Source of the DNA: an uncultured delta proteobacterium
Lineage (GTDB): Bacteria; Desulfobacterota; Desulfuromonadia; Geobacterales; DSM-12255
Assembly (NCBI GenBank): GCA_963787125.1
Contig: CAWBBV010000023.1
Location: 1 to 64,000, forward strand
Length of the DNA stretch: 64,000 nt
Reading direction: 5' to 3'
Shown: piece by piece, positions 31,811-41,519 of the stretch
Position numbering within the stretch: position 1 is the first letter of the stretch
Layout of the letters: each line of letters begins with the position of its first letter
The notes under the pieces: generated by a model
What the model was told of the DNA's origin: nothing
Database searches by the model: none
Seen by the model: the letters and a program-made list of their open reading frames with translations, nothing else
Program-made: the position numbers and the translations under genes

Positions 31811-32845
31811 ATGCCTAAAACACTCAGTTTTACCAAAAGTGATGATGAAACAGAGCTCCTTATCGGACAACTTATCGACACTGTCGGTGGCGTTCACCAC
31901 AAGGGTATTGTCAGGGAGATGATAATCTCAGCTCTCAAAGCCGGCCAGGAGACCAGTTACATCCCGGATATGCGTATGCTCAACAATACGATGAAAGAGA
32001 TGCGCTATACAAACAAGATCTTCTCACCGTACAGGCACAAAAAAAAGGTGACCATTTTCGGTTCGGCCAGAACGGAGATGGGTGATTTCAGCTACCGTAC
32101 GTGCGTTGAGTTCAGCCGCAGACTAGCCGAGAAGGGGTACATGATCATAACCGGCGGCGGTCCCGGAATCATGCAGGCCGGTAACGAAGGCGCCGGGAGT
32201 GAAAACTCTTTTGCCGTCAATATTTATCTCCCTTTTGAGCAGTCCCCCAATCTTATAATGGCAAATACGCCCAGGCTGATTACCTATAAATATTTCTTCA
32301 ACCGGAAGGTTGCTTTTGTCAAAGAGTCAGACGCGATAGCTGTTTTCCCCGGTGGTTTCGGTACTCTTGATGAAGCAATGGAAGTCTTTACTCTCATTCA
32401 GACAGGGAAGACGACACCAAAACCGCTACTCCTGATGGATGACGAAAATGGTTATTGGGAGGAGTGGCTGGATTTTATAAAAACCAAGCTTCTCGGCAGG
32501 GGCTTCATATCGGCAGATGATTTCTCGATCTTTACCATTACCCGTGATGTTGACGAGGCGATCAAGGTAATAGATGATTTTTACTCTAACTATCATTCCC
32601 ACAGATTTGTAAATGGCAGACTTGTAATTCGCCTCAACAAAGAGCTGACCGCTCTGCAGATAGCATCTCTGGAAACGGAATTCCCTGAACTTATTGCTGC
32701 AGGGAGCAGCATCTGCAAGACTCAGCCTCTTCCTGAAGAGCTTGATGAGCCGGAAACGCTTCACCTTCCAAGGATATTAATGGATTTTGACCATCATCAT
32801 TATGGCCTGCTGATAGCCTTTATACGCCAGTTGAACCTGTTTTGA
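31811..32845 (+). CDS. LOG family nucleotide-binding protein
   Basis: IFGSAR, TGGGPGIM, FFNRK, PGGFGTLDE. Confidence 0.88.
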   Translation: MPKTLSFTKSDDETELLIGQLIDTVGGVHHKGIVREMIISALKAGQETSYIPDMRMLNNTMKEMRYTNKIFSPYRHKKKVTIFGSARTEMGDFSYRTCVEFSRRLAEKGYMIITGGGPGIMQAGNEGAGSENSFAVNIYLPFEQSPNLIMANTPRLITYKYFFNRKVAFVKESDAIAVFPGGFGTLDEAMEVFTLIQTGKTTPKPLLLMDDENGYWEEWLDFIKTKLLGRGFISADDFSIFTITRDVDEAIKVIDDFYSNYHSHRFVNGRLVIRLNKELTALQIASLETEFPELIAAGSSICKTQPLPEELDEPETLHLPRILMDFDHHHYGLLIAFIRQLNLF

Positions 32846-32872
32846 AAAAAGTGTTCTACTCCGCAAAAAAAC

Positions 32873-32902
32873 TTGACTTGGACAATTACGCAATGCTAAT
32901 TT
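32873..32902 (+). promoter_or_regulatory. Candidate sigma70 promoter of cold-shock gene
   Basis: TTGACT at 32873-32878 and extended -10 TGcTAATTT at 32894-32902. Confidence 0.45.
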
Positions 32903-33060
32903 AAGGTGCGCAGTTCGGTATCGGAAGTTTTTGCAGTTTCAGGAATCTGTTACACGGTCACAACGATGGGCCTAAAAAGAGTTCCTGCCTCAAGACTCCG
33001 GCAGCTGCAGTACAATAACGGTCCGGCTTATCAAGACCGGAGCTAACAAGGGGGCAGGAG

Positions 33061-33261
33061 ATGGCACAGGGTAAGGTAAAATGGTTTAACGATGCAAAGG
33101 GTTTCGGTTTCATCGAGCAGGAGAATGGCGACGACGTTTTCGTCCATTTCTCGGCTATTTCCAGCGAAGGTTTCAAATCCCTTGCTGAAGGTGAGTCAGT
33201 AACTTTTGACGTTGTGAATGGTCCAAAAGGCCTTCAGGCAGCTAACGTCCGCAAAGGTTAG
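33061..33261 (+). CDS. Cold-shock protein (Csp family)
   Basis: [24 protein letters not shown]. Confidence 0.96.
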   Translation: MAQGKVKWFNDAKGFGFIEQENGDDVFVHFSAISSEGFKSLAEGESVTFDVVNGPKGLQAANVRKG

Positions 33262-33281
33262 TCCAAATCAAAAATCAAAAG

Positions 33282-33316
33282 AAAAAGCCCCATCGGGAAA
33301 CCGGTGGGGCTTTTTT
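33282..33316 (+). terminator. Intrinsic terminator after csp
   Basis: AAAAAGCCCCATCGG-GAAA-CCGGTGGGGCTTTTTT. Confidence 0.85.
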
Positions 33317-33408
33317 ATCATAATTTAGATGCATGTGCTAGTTTCAGATGTGTAAGGAAAACTTGCTTGCAGCTGGTAATGCCTGCCGGAAGTGATTATA
33401 GTCTTCCC

Positions 33409-34353
33409 ATGGACGAACAGCTTTCCCATAGTGAAGAGCAGATGGAGTGGCAGGAGCTTGCCCCTGGACAGATCGCCGCACGATTCAATCAGTGCAGTGA
33501 TGAACCTCGTATCCGTATGTGGGCTCTGGTACTGACTGCTCGTTTCATCCCCTGTCGGGTCGAGCATGATCATTATGGCTGGCAGCTGCTTGTCCCGGCA
33601 GCCAATCTGACAAGGGCGCTAGAGGAACTCCGGATCTTTGAAGAAAAAAACCGCAACTGGCCGCCGCAGCTGACTTACAGATCGATGCCGGATAATTCCC
33701 TGACAACCATCTCGGTACTCCTCCTTTTAGCCACCTTTCACAACTTCACCCGGCTCCACTTTACTCTTTACGGGCATCCAGCACCGGATTGGCTTTATCT
33801 GGGCAGTGCCAAGGTGCATCTTATCCATTATGGTGAATGGTGGCGGCTTGTTACAGCGTTAACACTGCATGCCGACTGGCTTCACCTTGTCAGTAATCTG
33901 ACTATTGGAGGTTTTTTTGTTGTTGCACTCTGCCGGGAACTCGGTTCCGGTCCTGCCTGGTTCCTGCTGCTTGCTGCCGGGACACTCGGCAACTGGGCCA
34001 ACGCACAGGTTCAGCTTCCCACCCACAGCTCGGTCGGCGCATCCACCGCCGTTTTTGCTGCTGTCGGCATCCTTGCCGCAATCAACCTTGTGCGCCACCG
34101 TTTTAACAAGCAAGGCCGCTGGAAACTGCCTGTTGCCGCAGCTATAGCATTGCTGGCTCTGCTTGGAACCGAGGGGAAAAACACCGATCTCGGTGCGCAT
34201 CTGTTCGGATTTCTGTTTGGTCTTATGCTAGGGGTAGCGACCGAGTTTTTACTGGAAAAAAGGGGGCGTTCCCGGCGGATCTTGAGTCTGCTGTTGTCAC
34301 TGCTGAGTGGCTTGATAGTAGTAACCGCCTGGTGGTTCGCTCTGGATATATAA
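33409..34353 (+). CDS. Rhomboid family intramembrane serine protease
   Basis: EWWRLVTALTLH, HLVSN, VGASTA, AHLFG; ATG 33409 chosen because the ORF-track start lies inside the terminator. Confidence 0.85.
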   Translation: MDEQLSHSEEQMEWQELAPGQIAARFNQCSDEPRIRMWALVLTARFIPCRVEHDHYGWQLLVPAANLTRALEELRIFEEKNRNWPPQLTYRSMPDNSLTTISVLLLLATFHNFTRLHFTLYGHPAPDWLYLGSAKVHLIHYGEWWRLVTALTLHADWLHLVSNLTIGGFFVVALCRELGSGPAWFLLLAAGTLGNWANAQVQLPTHSSVGASTAVFAAVGILAAINLVRHRFNKQGRWKLPVAAAIALLALLGTEGKNTDLGAHLFGFLFGLMLGVATEFLLEKRGRSRRILSLLLSLLSGLIVVTAWWFALDI

Positions 34354-34513
34354 GTTGGTCTCTGTTTCAATATCAAGAAGACATGGGCAGAAAACAATGT
34401 TATATTTACCGAAATAATCAGCAGCTGTTGATGCAGATCAAATAAAGCCACTTTTTGTCATGCCGGACAAACCAACGACAAAATGCAGATGCTTGTAAAG
34501 AAGGGTCTCAATC

Positions 34514-34900
34514 ATGAGTAATTCTCCCCCTAAACCAAAAATTCTGGTAATGGACGATGATGAAGACGTCCGTTTCATAGCCGAACTGAAATTGTCACAG
34601 TTAGGCTTTGCCGTTGTTCTGGCTACCCGGGGAGTTGAGGCTATCGATCACTACGAGAAGTCCCTCCGTGCCGGGATTCGCTTTCATGCCGTAATCCTTG
34701 ATATTACTATACCTGGCAGCATGGGCGGCCTCGAAGTTCTCAGCCATTTGAAGGAGATAGATTCTCAGGTGAATGCCTTTATCTCTTCTGGTAATCCGTT
34801 TGATCCGATGATGAAGAACCCGGCTTCTTTCGGTTTTGCCGGCGCAATTGACAAACCTTTTTTCGCTGAAAATCTCCGCATACTGCTTCCTCCGGAGTAA
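34514..34900 (+). CDS. Single-domain response regulator
   Basis: ILVMDDD, VILDITIPG, ISSG, KPF. Confidence 0.88.
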   Translation: MSNSPPKPKILVMDDDEDVRFIAELKLSQLGFAVVLATRGVEAIDHYEKSLRAGIRFHAVILDITIPGSMGGLEVLSHLKEIDSQVNAFISSGNPFDPMMKNPASFGFAGAIDKPFFAENLRILLPPE

Positions 34901-35030
34901 ACCGGCTAACAGGCAGTCTCCTGATGTGCCAAACCTCCAGCCGTTTGCGCTAAAGTCGGCAAAAAACTTCTCGATTAACCATTATTTGACGATTTGCTAA
35001 ATCCTAAACGTCACCTGAGCGAAAGGAGTT

Positions 35031-36035
35031 ATGACAATGAGGCGATTCAGAATGGTTATTTGTTTGTGTGGCCTGCTCGTCGCGCTCGTACCGTCAGCAG
35101 CCCAGGCTGCCGAGAAGTGCCGCGTACTGGTGATTATGAGCTACGAAGAGGCCTTCCCGTGGGTCAGGGAGCAAAAGGAGGGGGTTGACTCGGTACTGGC
35201 GGAGCACTGCGAAATGAAATATTTCTATATGGATACCAAACACAATTTCGACGGAGGGCCGGCAAAGGCCCGCGAGGCATTCGCGCTTTACCAGTCATAC
35301 AAGCCACATGGCGTGATTGCCGCAGACGACGATGCCCAGGCCATGTTCGTTGTCCCCTATTTGCGGGACAAGGTCACTACCCCGGTCATGTTCTGCGGTG
35401 TGAATGCTGCGGCAGCTAAGTACGGTTATCCGGCGTCCAATGTATCCGGCATTCTGGAACGGTTTCACATCGCCGAGTCCATCGCTCTGGCCCGCCAACT
35501 GGTTCCCGGTATCAAAAACATTACTTTTATGATCAAGCAGAGTCCGGTAGCCAATTTTGTCAAGGATCAGGTATTGGAAGAAGCAGCCGGCTATCCGGTC
35601 AAAGTTCATGGCGTCAAGATGCCGGCCTCCATCAAGGAGGCGCTGGCGATGGCAGCGGAGCTGCGCAAAAATACTGACCTGCTTTTCATGGTAACGCTGG
35701 AAGGGATAACTGATGACAATGGCGTGCCAATGAAGGACCGCGAAGCTATCCCGCTGGTTGCCAGGGCTTTTGGCAAGGCGACCATCAGCGGCAATGAATA
35801 TGCCATTCGCTACTCACTGCTGACGTCAGTCGTCAGGACCGGTCAGGAGCAGGGTGCTACCGCCGCCCGCATGCTGCAGCAGGCTATGAGTGGTACGCCG
35901 GTAACAAAGATTCCGATTACCAAAAACCATAATGGTAAGCGGGTAATAAATATAACGGTAATGAAGGAACTGGGAATTACACCGAAGCCGGTTGTGCTGC
36001 GTGGCGTTGAACTGGTCACGTCGGAGGTGCCGTGA
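35031..36035 (+). CDS. Periplasmic ABC-substrate-binding-like sensor protein
   Basis: Signal peptide, VLVIMSY, YMDTK, IAADDDA, PVMFCGVN, EQGATAA; no permease nearby. Confidence 0.72.
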   Translation: MTMRRFRMVICLCGLLVALVPSAAQAAEKCRVLVIMSYEEAFPWVREQKEGVDSVLAEHCEMKYFYMDTKHNFDGGPAKAREAFALYQSYKPHGVIAADDDAQAMFVVPYLRDKVTTPVMFCGVNAAAAKYGYPASNVSGILERFHIAESIALARQLVPGIKNITFMIKQSPVANFVKDQVLEEAAGYPVKVHGVKMPASIKEALAMAAELRKNTDLLFMVTLEGITDDNGVPMKDREAIPLVARAFGKATISGNEYAIRYSLLTSVVRTGQEQGATAARMLQQAMSGTPVTKIPITKNHNGKRVINITVMKELGITPKPVVLRGVELVTSEVP

Positions 36036-36083
36036 CATGAGTGTTGCGGACTGCAGACCTATCATGTGCACTGAGCGAATGGC

Positions 36084-38000
36084 ATGAAGCGCAAACTGCA
36101 TGTCCGCTATGGCATAACCACCAAAATGATTCTGATGAACCTGCTGCTTCTGGCGGTGTTCGTTGTTATGATCATGCTCAATTTTTACTCATTCGGAACG
36201 GTTGAACGGTTGGTGAACAGGACCGTCGCCACGGATGTCGAGCTGAACCTCGCCAACGCCGGCGTGCTGCGCGAGCTTTCCGAAGTGTTCTCTCACACTA
36301 GTCGGTTGCTGGGTAGCTTTATCAAGAACGAAAAGGAATTGGCGACTCAAGGTGGCCAGTTGGTAACCAGCACCGAGCGCCTGGCGGTCGTCAGCAGTAA
36401 CAGGCGCCTGAGTGAACCGCTGCAGGAATACGGTATGAGACTGCGAGCGCTGTTTGCTACCTGCGCCAGTATAAACGTTATCGTCAGGCAGATCGAAAAG
36501 CAGGAGCAGCAGCACGACAGCGTTGTGGATGCTCTGGAGCGAACCATCAGCGACAGCAAGATCAAGCTGATCCTGAAAGGACGTGACCCGGCCATCATGG
36601 AACAGTTGGCGGTTCTGGCGAACGGCTATCACGACTCTCTGCAGGCGGTCAGTCTCTCATTCTTCCGCACAATCAGCGAAAAATCCGCGCAGGCTGATAC
36701 TTTACGTCAAAAACAGCAACTTGACATGATCGACGATATCATCCTGCGGCTCCAGTCCCTGTCCGCCTCCGAACCACAGATTGCCGTCTATGGGCAAAGA
36801 CTGATCACCTCCGTTAAAGCGTATCGTGTCATGATCGAGCAGTATTTCCGGTCGCTGGCGCTGCTGGAACACCAGAAGTATCAACTGGAAGAGGCCAAGG
36901 TGAAGGTGATCGGCGTCATGCAGAGGATCGATGACGAAATAGCCTCCTCTACCAAGGGGATTAGCGGTCACGTCCATGAGATCATGGTGACCGCCCGCCG
37001 CAACACTCTGCTGGCGGCGGTCGTTTTGGCCCTGGTCTCCGGCATGGCGACACTCTTTTTCATCCTGTCAACCATTCGCAGGCCGATGGCGATTATCAGC
37101 AAAGGTATTGAAGCGATTGCGGCCGGCAATCTTGAAACCAGAATCAGTCTTAACCGCTATGATGAATGGATTAATATTGAACGTGCACTGAACCATATGG
37201 CCGCCGAACTCCGCCGGTCATATTCCGAGCTGGCAGAGCAGCACGACCAGCTTGAGGTGAAAGTGCATGAGCGTACCAGGGAGCTGGAGGATGCTCAGGC
37301 AGAGATTGTGAAAAGGGAGAAACTGTCGGTGCTGGGGCAGTTGACAGCCACTGTCAGCCATGAGCTGCGTAACCCGCTCGGGGTAATCCGCAGCTCAGCT
37401 TTCTTCCTCCGGAACCGTCTTGGCAGTAATGATGACAAGGTAGCCAAGCACCTAGCCCGTATAGAGCAGCATGTCATTCTGTGTGACGGTATCGTCGGCG
37501 ATCTGCTGGAATTCACCCGTGGCCGACTCTCTGCAAAGGCGCCGGGAAATTTAAATGTCTGGCTGGAAGGCATCCTTAAGGTTATTCAGGTTCCAACCGG
37601 AATTGTTCTGGAGCGTCGTCTTGCCGGCGAACTGCCGTTGCTCCGTTTTGATCCGGACAAACTGCGGCGTGTCGTCCAGAATCTTGTCGAAAACGCCGGC
37701 CACGCGGTTGCCGACAGGGCGGGAAAAGATGCTGCCTGCGGTTATGCACCGGGCATTGTCGTCAGCACCTCCTGCTGCGGAGAGGCCATCCAACTGATAG
37801 TCGAGGATAACGGGAGTGGCATGGACCCAGGCACCGTCGAGCGGGCCTTTGAGCCGCTCTTTACTACCCGGGCACAGGGTACCGGGCTCGGACTGGCCAT
37901 TGTTCGTAAAATAGTTGAAGAGCATGACGGTACGGTAGCTGTGGTCAGCAGGCCGGGTTACGGCACGCAGGTAACCGTAACTCTGCCGACTGAAACATGA
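36084..38000 (+). CDS. HAMP-domain sensor histidine kinase
   Basis: Two TMs, HAMP, H-box SHELRNPL, NLVENA, DNGSG, FEPLFTT, GTGLGL. Confidence 0.92.
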   Translation: MKRKLHVRYGITTKMILMNLLLLAVFVVMIMLNFYSFGTVERLVNRTVATDVELNLANAGVLRELSEVFSHTSRLLGSFIKNEKELATQGGQLVTSTERLAVVSSNRRLSEPLQEYGMRLRALFATCASINVIVRQIEKQEQQHDSVVDALERTISDSKIKLILKGRDPAIMEQLAVLANGYHDSLQAVSLSFFRTISEKSAQADTLRQKQQLDMIDDIILRLQSLSASEPQIAVYGQRLITSVKAYRVMIEQYFRSLALLEHQKYQLEEAKVKVIGVMQRIDDEIASSTKGISGHVHEIMVTARRNTLLAAVVLALVSGMATLFFILSTIRRPMAIISKGIEAIAAGNLETRISLNRYDEWINIERALNHMAAELRRSYSELAEQHDQLEVKVHERTRELEDAQAEIVKREKLSVLGQLTATVSHELRNPLGVIRSSAFFLRNRLGSNDDKVAKHLARIEQHVILCDGIVGDLLEFTRGRLSAKAPGNLNVWLEGILKVIQVPTGIVLERRLAGELPLLRFDPDKLRRVVQNLVENAGHAVADRAGKDAACGYAPGIVVSTSCCGEAIQLIVEDNGSGMDPGTVERAFEPLFTTRAQGTGLGLAIVRKIVEEHDGTVAVVSRPGYGTQVTVTLPTET

Positions 38001-38016
38001 TAAAAGGAATTTTCCA

Positions 38017-40344
38017 ATGACCGACAAAAAAATCCTGATCGTTGATGATAACATCGCTCTTTGCGACAACCTGGAGGATATTCTCCGGGAACAGGGCTAT
38101 GAAACCTTTTCTTCTCACAGCTGTGCCGACGGGCTCAGGCGTGCCATTGAGCTGCGACCGCATGTTGCATTGCTTGATCTGAAGCTGCCTGACGGACTCG
38201 GGACTGAATTGATGGCCGAGCTGAAAAAGATCGACCCAGATTGTGTCTGCATCATTGCCACTGCCTTTGCGGATGTGGAATCAGCAATCATGGCGCTTGA
38301 ACTGGGAGCATTAAATTACCTGCACAAGCCGGTGCGCCCTGACGAACTCCTGCTGATCCTGGAGCGGGCTTTCGAGGCGATCAGACTGACCGGGGAGAAT
38401 CGTCAGGTTTCTGCAGAGCTGGTACTGTCCGAAGCAAAGTTCCGGATGTTGTTCGAGCATTCGGCCGATCCAAGCCTGATAATAATGGGGAACACTTTTG
38501 TGAATTGTAATCAGGCGGCAGTGGAAATACTACATGCCAACAGCAAGGATGAACTTTTAAACGCGCACCCTTCGGAATTGTCCCCCGTATTCCAGTCAGA
38601 TGGTCGCCTTTCGACTGAAAAAGCCGACGAAATGATCGCTACTGCAATTCGATTCGGTGCTCACCGTTTCGAGTGGCTGCATCGTCGCATGGACGGCGAA
38701 CTGTTTCCGGTTGAAGTATCGCTAACCTTGATTCAGAAAGATGGACAGACAATGGTTTTTACCGTCTGGCGTGACATCACCGAACGCTATCAGGCCAAAG
38801 AGGCTTTGTTGGCAAGTGAACGCCGTTTTAAGTCACTCATCAGAAATTCTTCCGATTCAATCACAATTCTGGATAAAGATGGAGTTCAGATTTATGTGAG
38901 CGATGTTGTTGAACAAATGCTCGGGTATAAACCGTCTGAACTGATCAATATTCCGGTAATTGAAGCAATGATTCATCCGGAGGATCAAGAGGTGACCCGG
39001 GCGGCTTTTATGAAAATCTTGCAGGAAGGACAAGCTGTTGCCCAATATCGACACCGGCATAAAAACGGCTCATGGGTATACCTGGAGGCATGGGGGACGA
39101 ATCAGCTGGAAAACCCTGACATCCGGGGGATTGTAGTCAATGTTCGAAATATCACTGAGCGTAAACGCGCAGAAGAAGAGCGGATGTCCCTTGAACGCCA
39201 GCTCCTTCACGCCCAGAAACTGGAGAGCCTCGGGGTTCTGGCAGGCGGCATTGCCCATGACTTCAACAACATCCTGACCGGCATCATCGGCAATGCCGAA
39301 ATGGCCCTGATGAAACTGAACCCTGAGTCGCCGGTGCTGGAGAATCTGGCGCGGATCGAGAAGGCCGCTGCCCGGGCAGCCGACCTGGCCAGGCAGATGC
39401 TGGCCTATTCCGGCAAGGGTAGATTCGTCATTGAGGCCATTGATATCAATCGCCTGGTGGAAGAGATGGGGCACATGCTGGAAGTCTCCATCTCCAAGAA
39501 GGCGGTACTACGTTATAATCTTACCAAACTACTGCCGACAGTTAATGTGGATGCCACCCAGATCCGCCAGATCATCATGAATCTGGTGATCAACGCTTCC
39601 GAGGCCATTGGTGACCAGAGCGGGGTCATTGCCATCACCACCGGCTGCCTTGAGTGTAATGATGCTTATCTGCAGGAGTTCTGGCTCACCGACCCGATCC
39701 CGGAAGGGCTCTACGTTTCACTTGAGATAGCTGACAGCGGCTGCGGTATGGATAAGGAGACTCTGTCGAGAATGTTTGACCCCTTCTTCACCACCAAATT
39801 TACCGGCCGGGGGCTGGGGATGGCAGCGGTATTAGGGATTGTGCGCGGCCACAAGGGGGCGATCAAGGTCTACAGCGAACCGGGCAGGGGGAGCAGCTTC
39901 AAGGTGCTGTTGCCGGCCGGGGATAAACCGGCGGAACTGTTCAACGGGAAAGCTGCTGCCGATAGCTGGCAGGGGAGCGGCACCGCGCTGCTGGTGGATG
40001 ACGAGGAGACGGTACGGGCTATTGGCGCCGAAATGCTCAAGGAACTCGGCTTCGATGTTATAACGGCTAAAGACGGTCGCGAAGCAGTGGAGATATTCAA
40101 TACTGGAAAAGAGTTCAGTGTGGTGATTCTCGACCTGACCATGCCTCACATGGATGGTGAGCAGTGTTTCCGCGAACTGCGCCGGCTCGATCCAGCCGTG
40201 AAGGTGATCATGTCCAGCGGCTTCAGCGAGCATGAGGTGACGCAAAAGTTTGTCGGCAAGGGGTTGGCCGGTTTTGTGCAGAAACCGTATAAACTGAGTG
40301 TGCTGAAAGAAGCGCTAAGAGTTTTACCCGCAACATTTTCATAG
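38017..40344 (+). CDS. Hybrid kinase REC-PAS-PAS-HisKA-HATPase-REC
   Basis: ILIVDDN..LLDLKLP, two PAS/PAC (RDITER, RNITERK), AHDFNNIL, GRGLG, VILDLTMP. Confidence 0.92.
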   Translation: MTDKKILIVDDNIALCDNLEDILREQGYETFSSHSCADGLRRAIELRPHVALLDLKLPDGLGTELMAELKKIDPDCVCIIATAFADVESAIMALELGALNYLHKPVRPDELLLILERAFEAIRLTGENRQVSAELVLSEAKFRMLFEHSADPSLIIMGNTFVNCNQAAVEILHANSKDELLNAHPSELSPVFQSDGRLSTEKADEMIATAIRFGAHRFEWLHRRMDGELFPVEVSLTLIQKDGQTMVFTVWRDITERYQAKEALLASERRFKSLIRNSSDSITILDKDGVQIYVSDVVEQMLGYKPSELINIPVIEAMIHPEDQEVTRAAFMKILQEGQAVAQYRHRHKNGSWVYLEAWGTNQLENPDIRGIVVNVRNITERKRAEEERMSLERQLLHAQKLESLGVLAGGIAHDFNNILTGIIGNAEMALMKLNPESPVLENLARIEKAAARAADLARQMLAYSGKGRFVIEAIDINRLVEEMGHMLEVSISKKAVLRYNLTKLLPTVNVDATQIRQIIMNLVINASEAIGDQSGVIAITTGCLECNDAYLQEFWLTDPIPEGLYVSLEIADSGCGMDKETLSRMFDPFFTTKFTGRGLGMAAVLGIVRGHKGAIKVYSEPGRGSSFKVLLPAGDKPAELFNGKAAADSWQGSGTALLVDDEETVRAIGAEMLKELGFDVITAKDGREAVEIFNTGKEFSVVILDLTMPHMDGEQCFRELRRLDPAVKVIMSSGFSEHEVTQKFVGKGLAGFVQKPYKLSVLKEALRVLPATFS
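39244..40298 (+). repeat. Copy 1 of ~1.05-kb near-identical direct repeat
   Basis: Matches 42774-43828 at constant offset 3530. Confidence 0.93.
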
Positions 40345-40354
40345 AGGAGGCGGT

Positions 40355-41515
40355 ATGCATTATCTGTCAGCAAAAACTATCCTTACTGACCCTTACCGGG
40401 CTGGATTTGAAATCGGTACGACCCTTGCGCAAATTTCGCCTGAAGTCATCATTCTTTTTGCCTCCATGCCTTACGACCCGGATTTCTCCGATTTTTTCCA
40501 AGCGCTGTACGCTGGACTAGGCACCGAATCGGTCATAATTTTCGGCGGCAGCGGCGATGGTATTTACGAAACCGCCGGTGCCGAAAACTACGGCATCTGT
40601 GCCCTTGGCATCGCCAGCGACGGTCAGGTGTCATGGTCGACCGCTCTGGAGCATGGTGTCCAGGCCGATTCCTTTGCAGCGGCGAGGGCCTGTGCCCGCA
40701 GAGTGCTTGCCTCCTCTTCGTCACCACCCCGGTTTAGTTTGGTGCTGGCAGACGGCACCAAGGCTGACGGCAACGGGATTGTGGGCGGCATTGCCCCGGA
40801 AATTACCGGTCCTTTTTTTGGTGGTCTCACTGGTAACGACCGTAGATTCACCAACAGCAAAGTTTTTCTCAATGGCAGGGAATACGAAGATTCTGTTGCG
40901 ATCCTGACGGGCTGGGGGGATTTTGATTTTGCGATAAATGCGGCCAGCGGCTGGACCCCTCTGGGCGAAGAAGGGGTTATAGAGGATAACGAGGGATGCG
41001 AAATCCGTACCATTAGCGGCCAACCCGCCCAGGATTTTATGACCCGGCAGCTCGGCAAGCCGCTGGGAGACTATGATATGGGGGTCGTGCCGCTGGCCGT
41101 CTACCAGACAGGTTCAAAAGAGCACTTCTCTCTGCGGGCACCCTCCAGCATTAACGATCTTACCGGAGCGGTGATCACCTTTGGCAGCGTCGAAAAGGGT
41201 GAAGTCGTGCGTGTTTGCAGCGCTTCAAAGGGCGATGTTATCAGAGGGGTTACTGATGCCATGAACTGCTTGAAGCCGGAATCTCTCGGTTTTATCCCTG
41301 CTGCGGCGATCATTATCAGCTGTGCCGGCAGAAAATGGCTGATGGCAGATAATGGGGAAAAGGAGCTGTCGGCCTTTTTTGAGCAGCTCGGCTATTCAGT
41401 GCCGTTGATCGGCTTTCCCTCTTTCGGGGAGTTCAGTCCTTTTTGTCTCGAAGGCGGTGCCTATACGGCAGTAAGCTTCCACAACGAGACTTTTGTTATC
41501 TGTCTTTTGAGGTGA
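40355..41515 (+). CDS. FIST (NosP-like) domain protein
   Basis: FGGSGDG, LVLADG, FFGG, GWTPLG, ISCAGRK, GFPSFGE, HNET. Confidence 0.85.
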   Translation: MHYLSAKTILTDPYRAGFEIGTTLAQISPEVIILFASMPYDPDFSDFFQALYAGLGTESVIIFGGSGDGIYETAGAENYGICALGIASDGQVSWSTALEHGVQADSFAAARACARRVLASSSSPPRFSLVLADGTKADGNGIVGGIAPEITGPFFGGLTGNDRRFTNSKVFLNGREYEDSVAILTGWGDFDFAINAASGWTPLGEEGVIEDNEGCEIRTISGQPAQDFMTRQLGKPLGDYDMGVVPLAVYQTGSKEHFSLRAPSSINDLTGAVITFGSVEKGEVVRVCSASKGDVIRGVTDAMNCLKPESLGFIPAAAIIISCAGRKWLMADNGEKELSAFFEQLGYSVPLIGFPSFGEFSPFCLEGGAYTAVSFHNETFVICLLR

Positions 41516-41519
41516 AACC

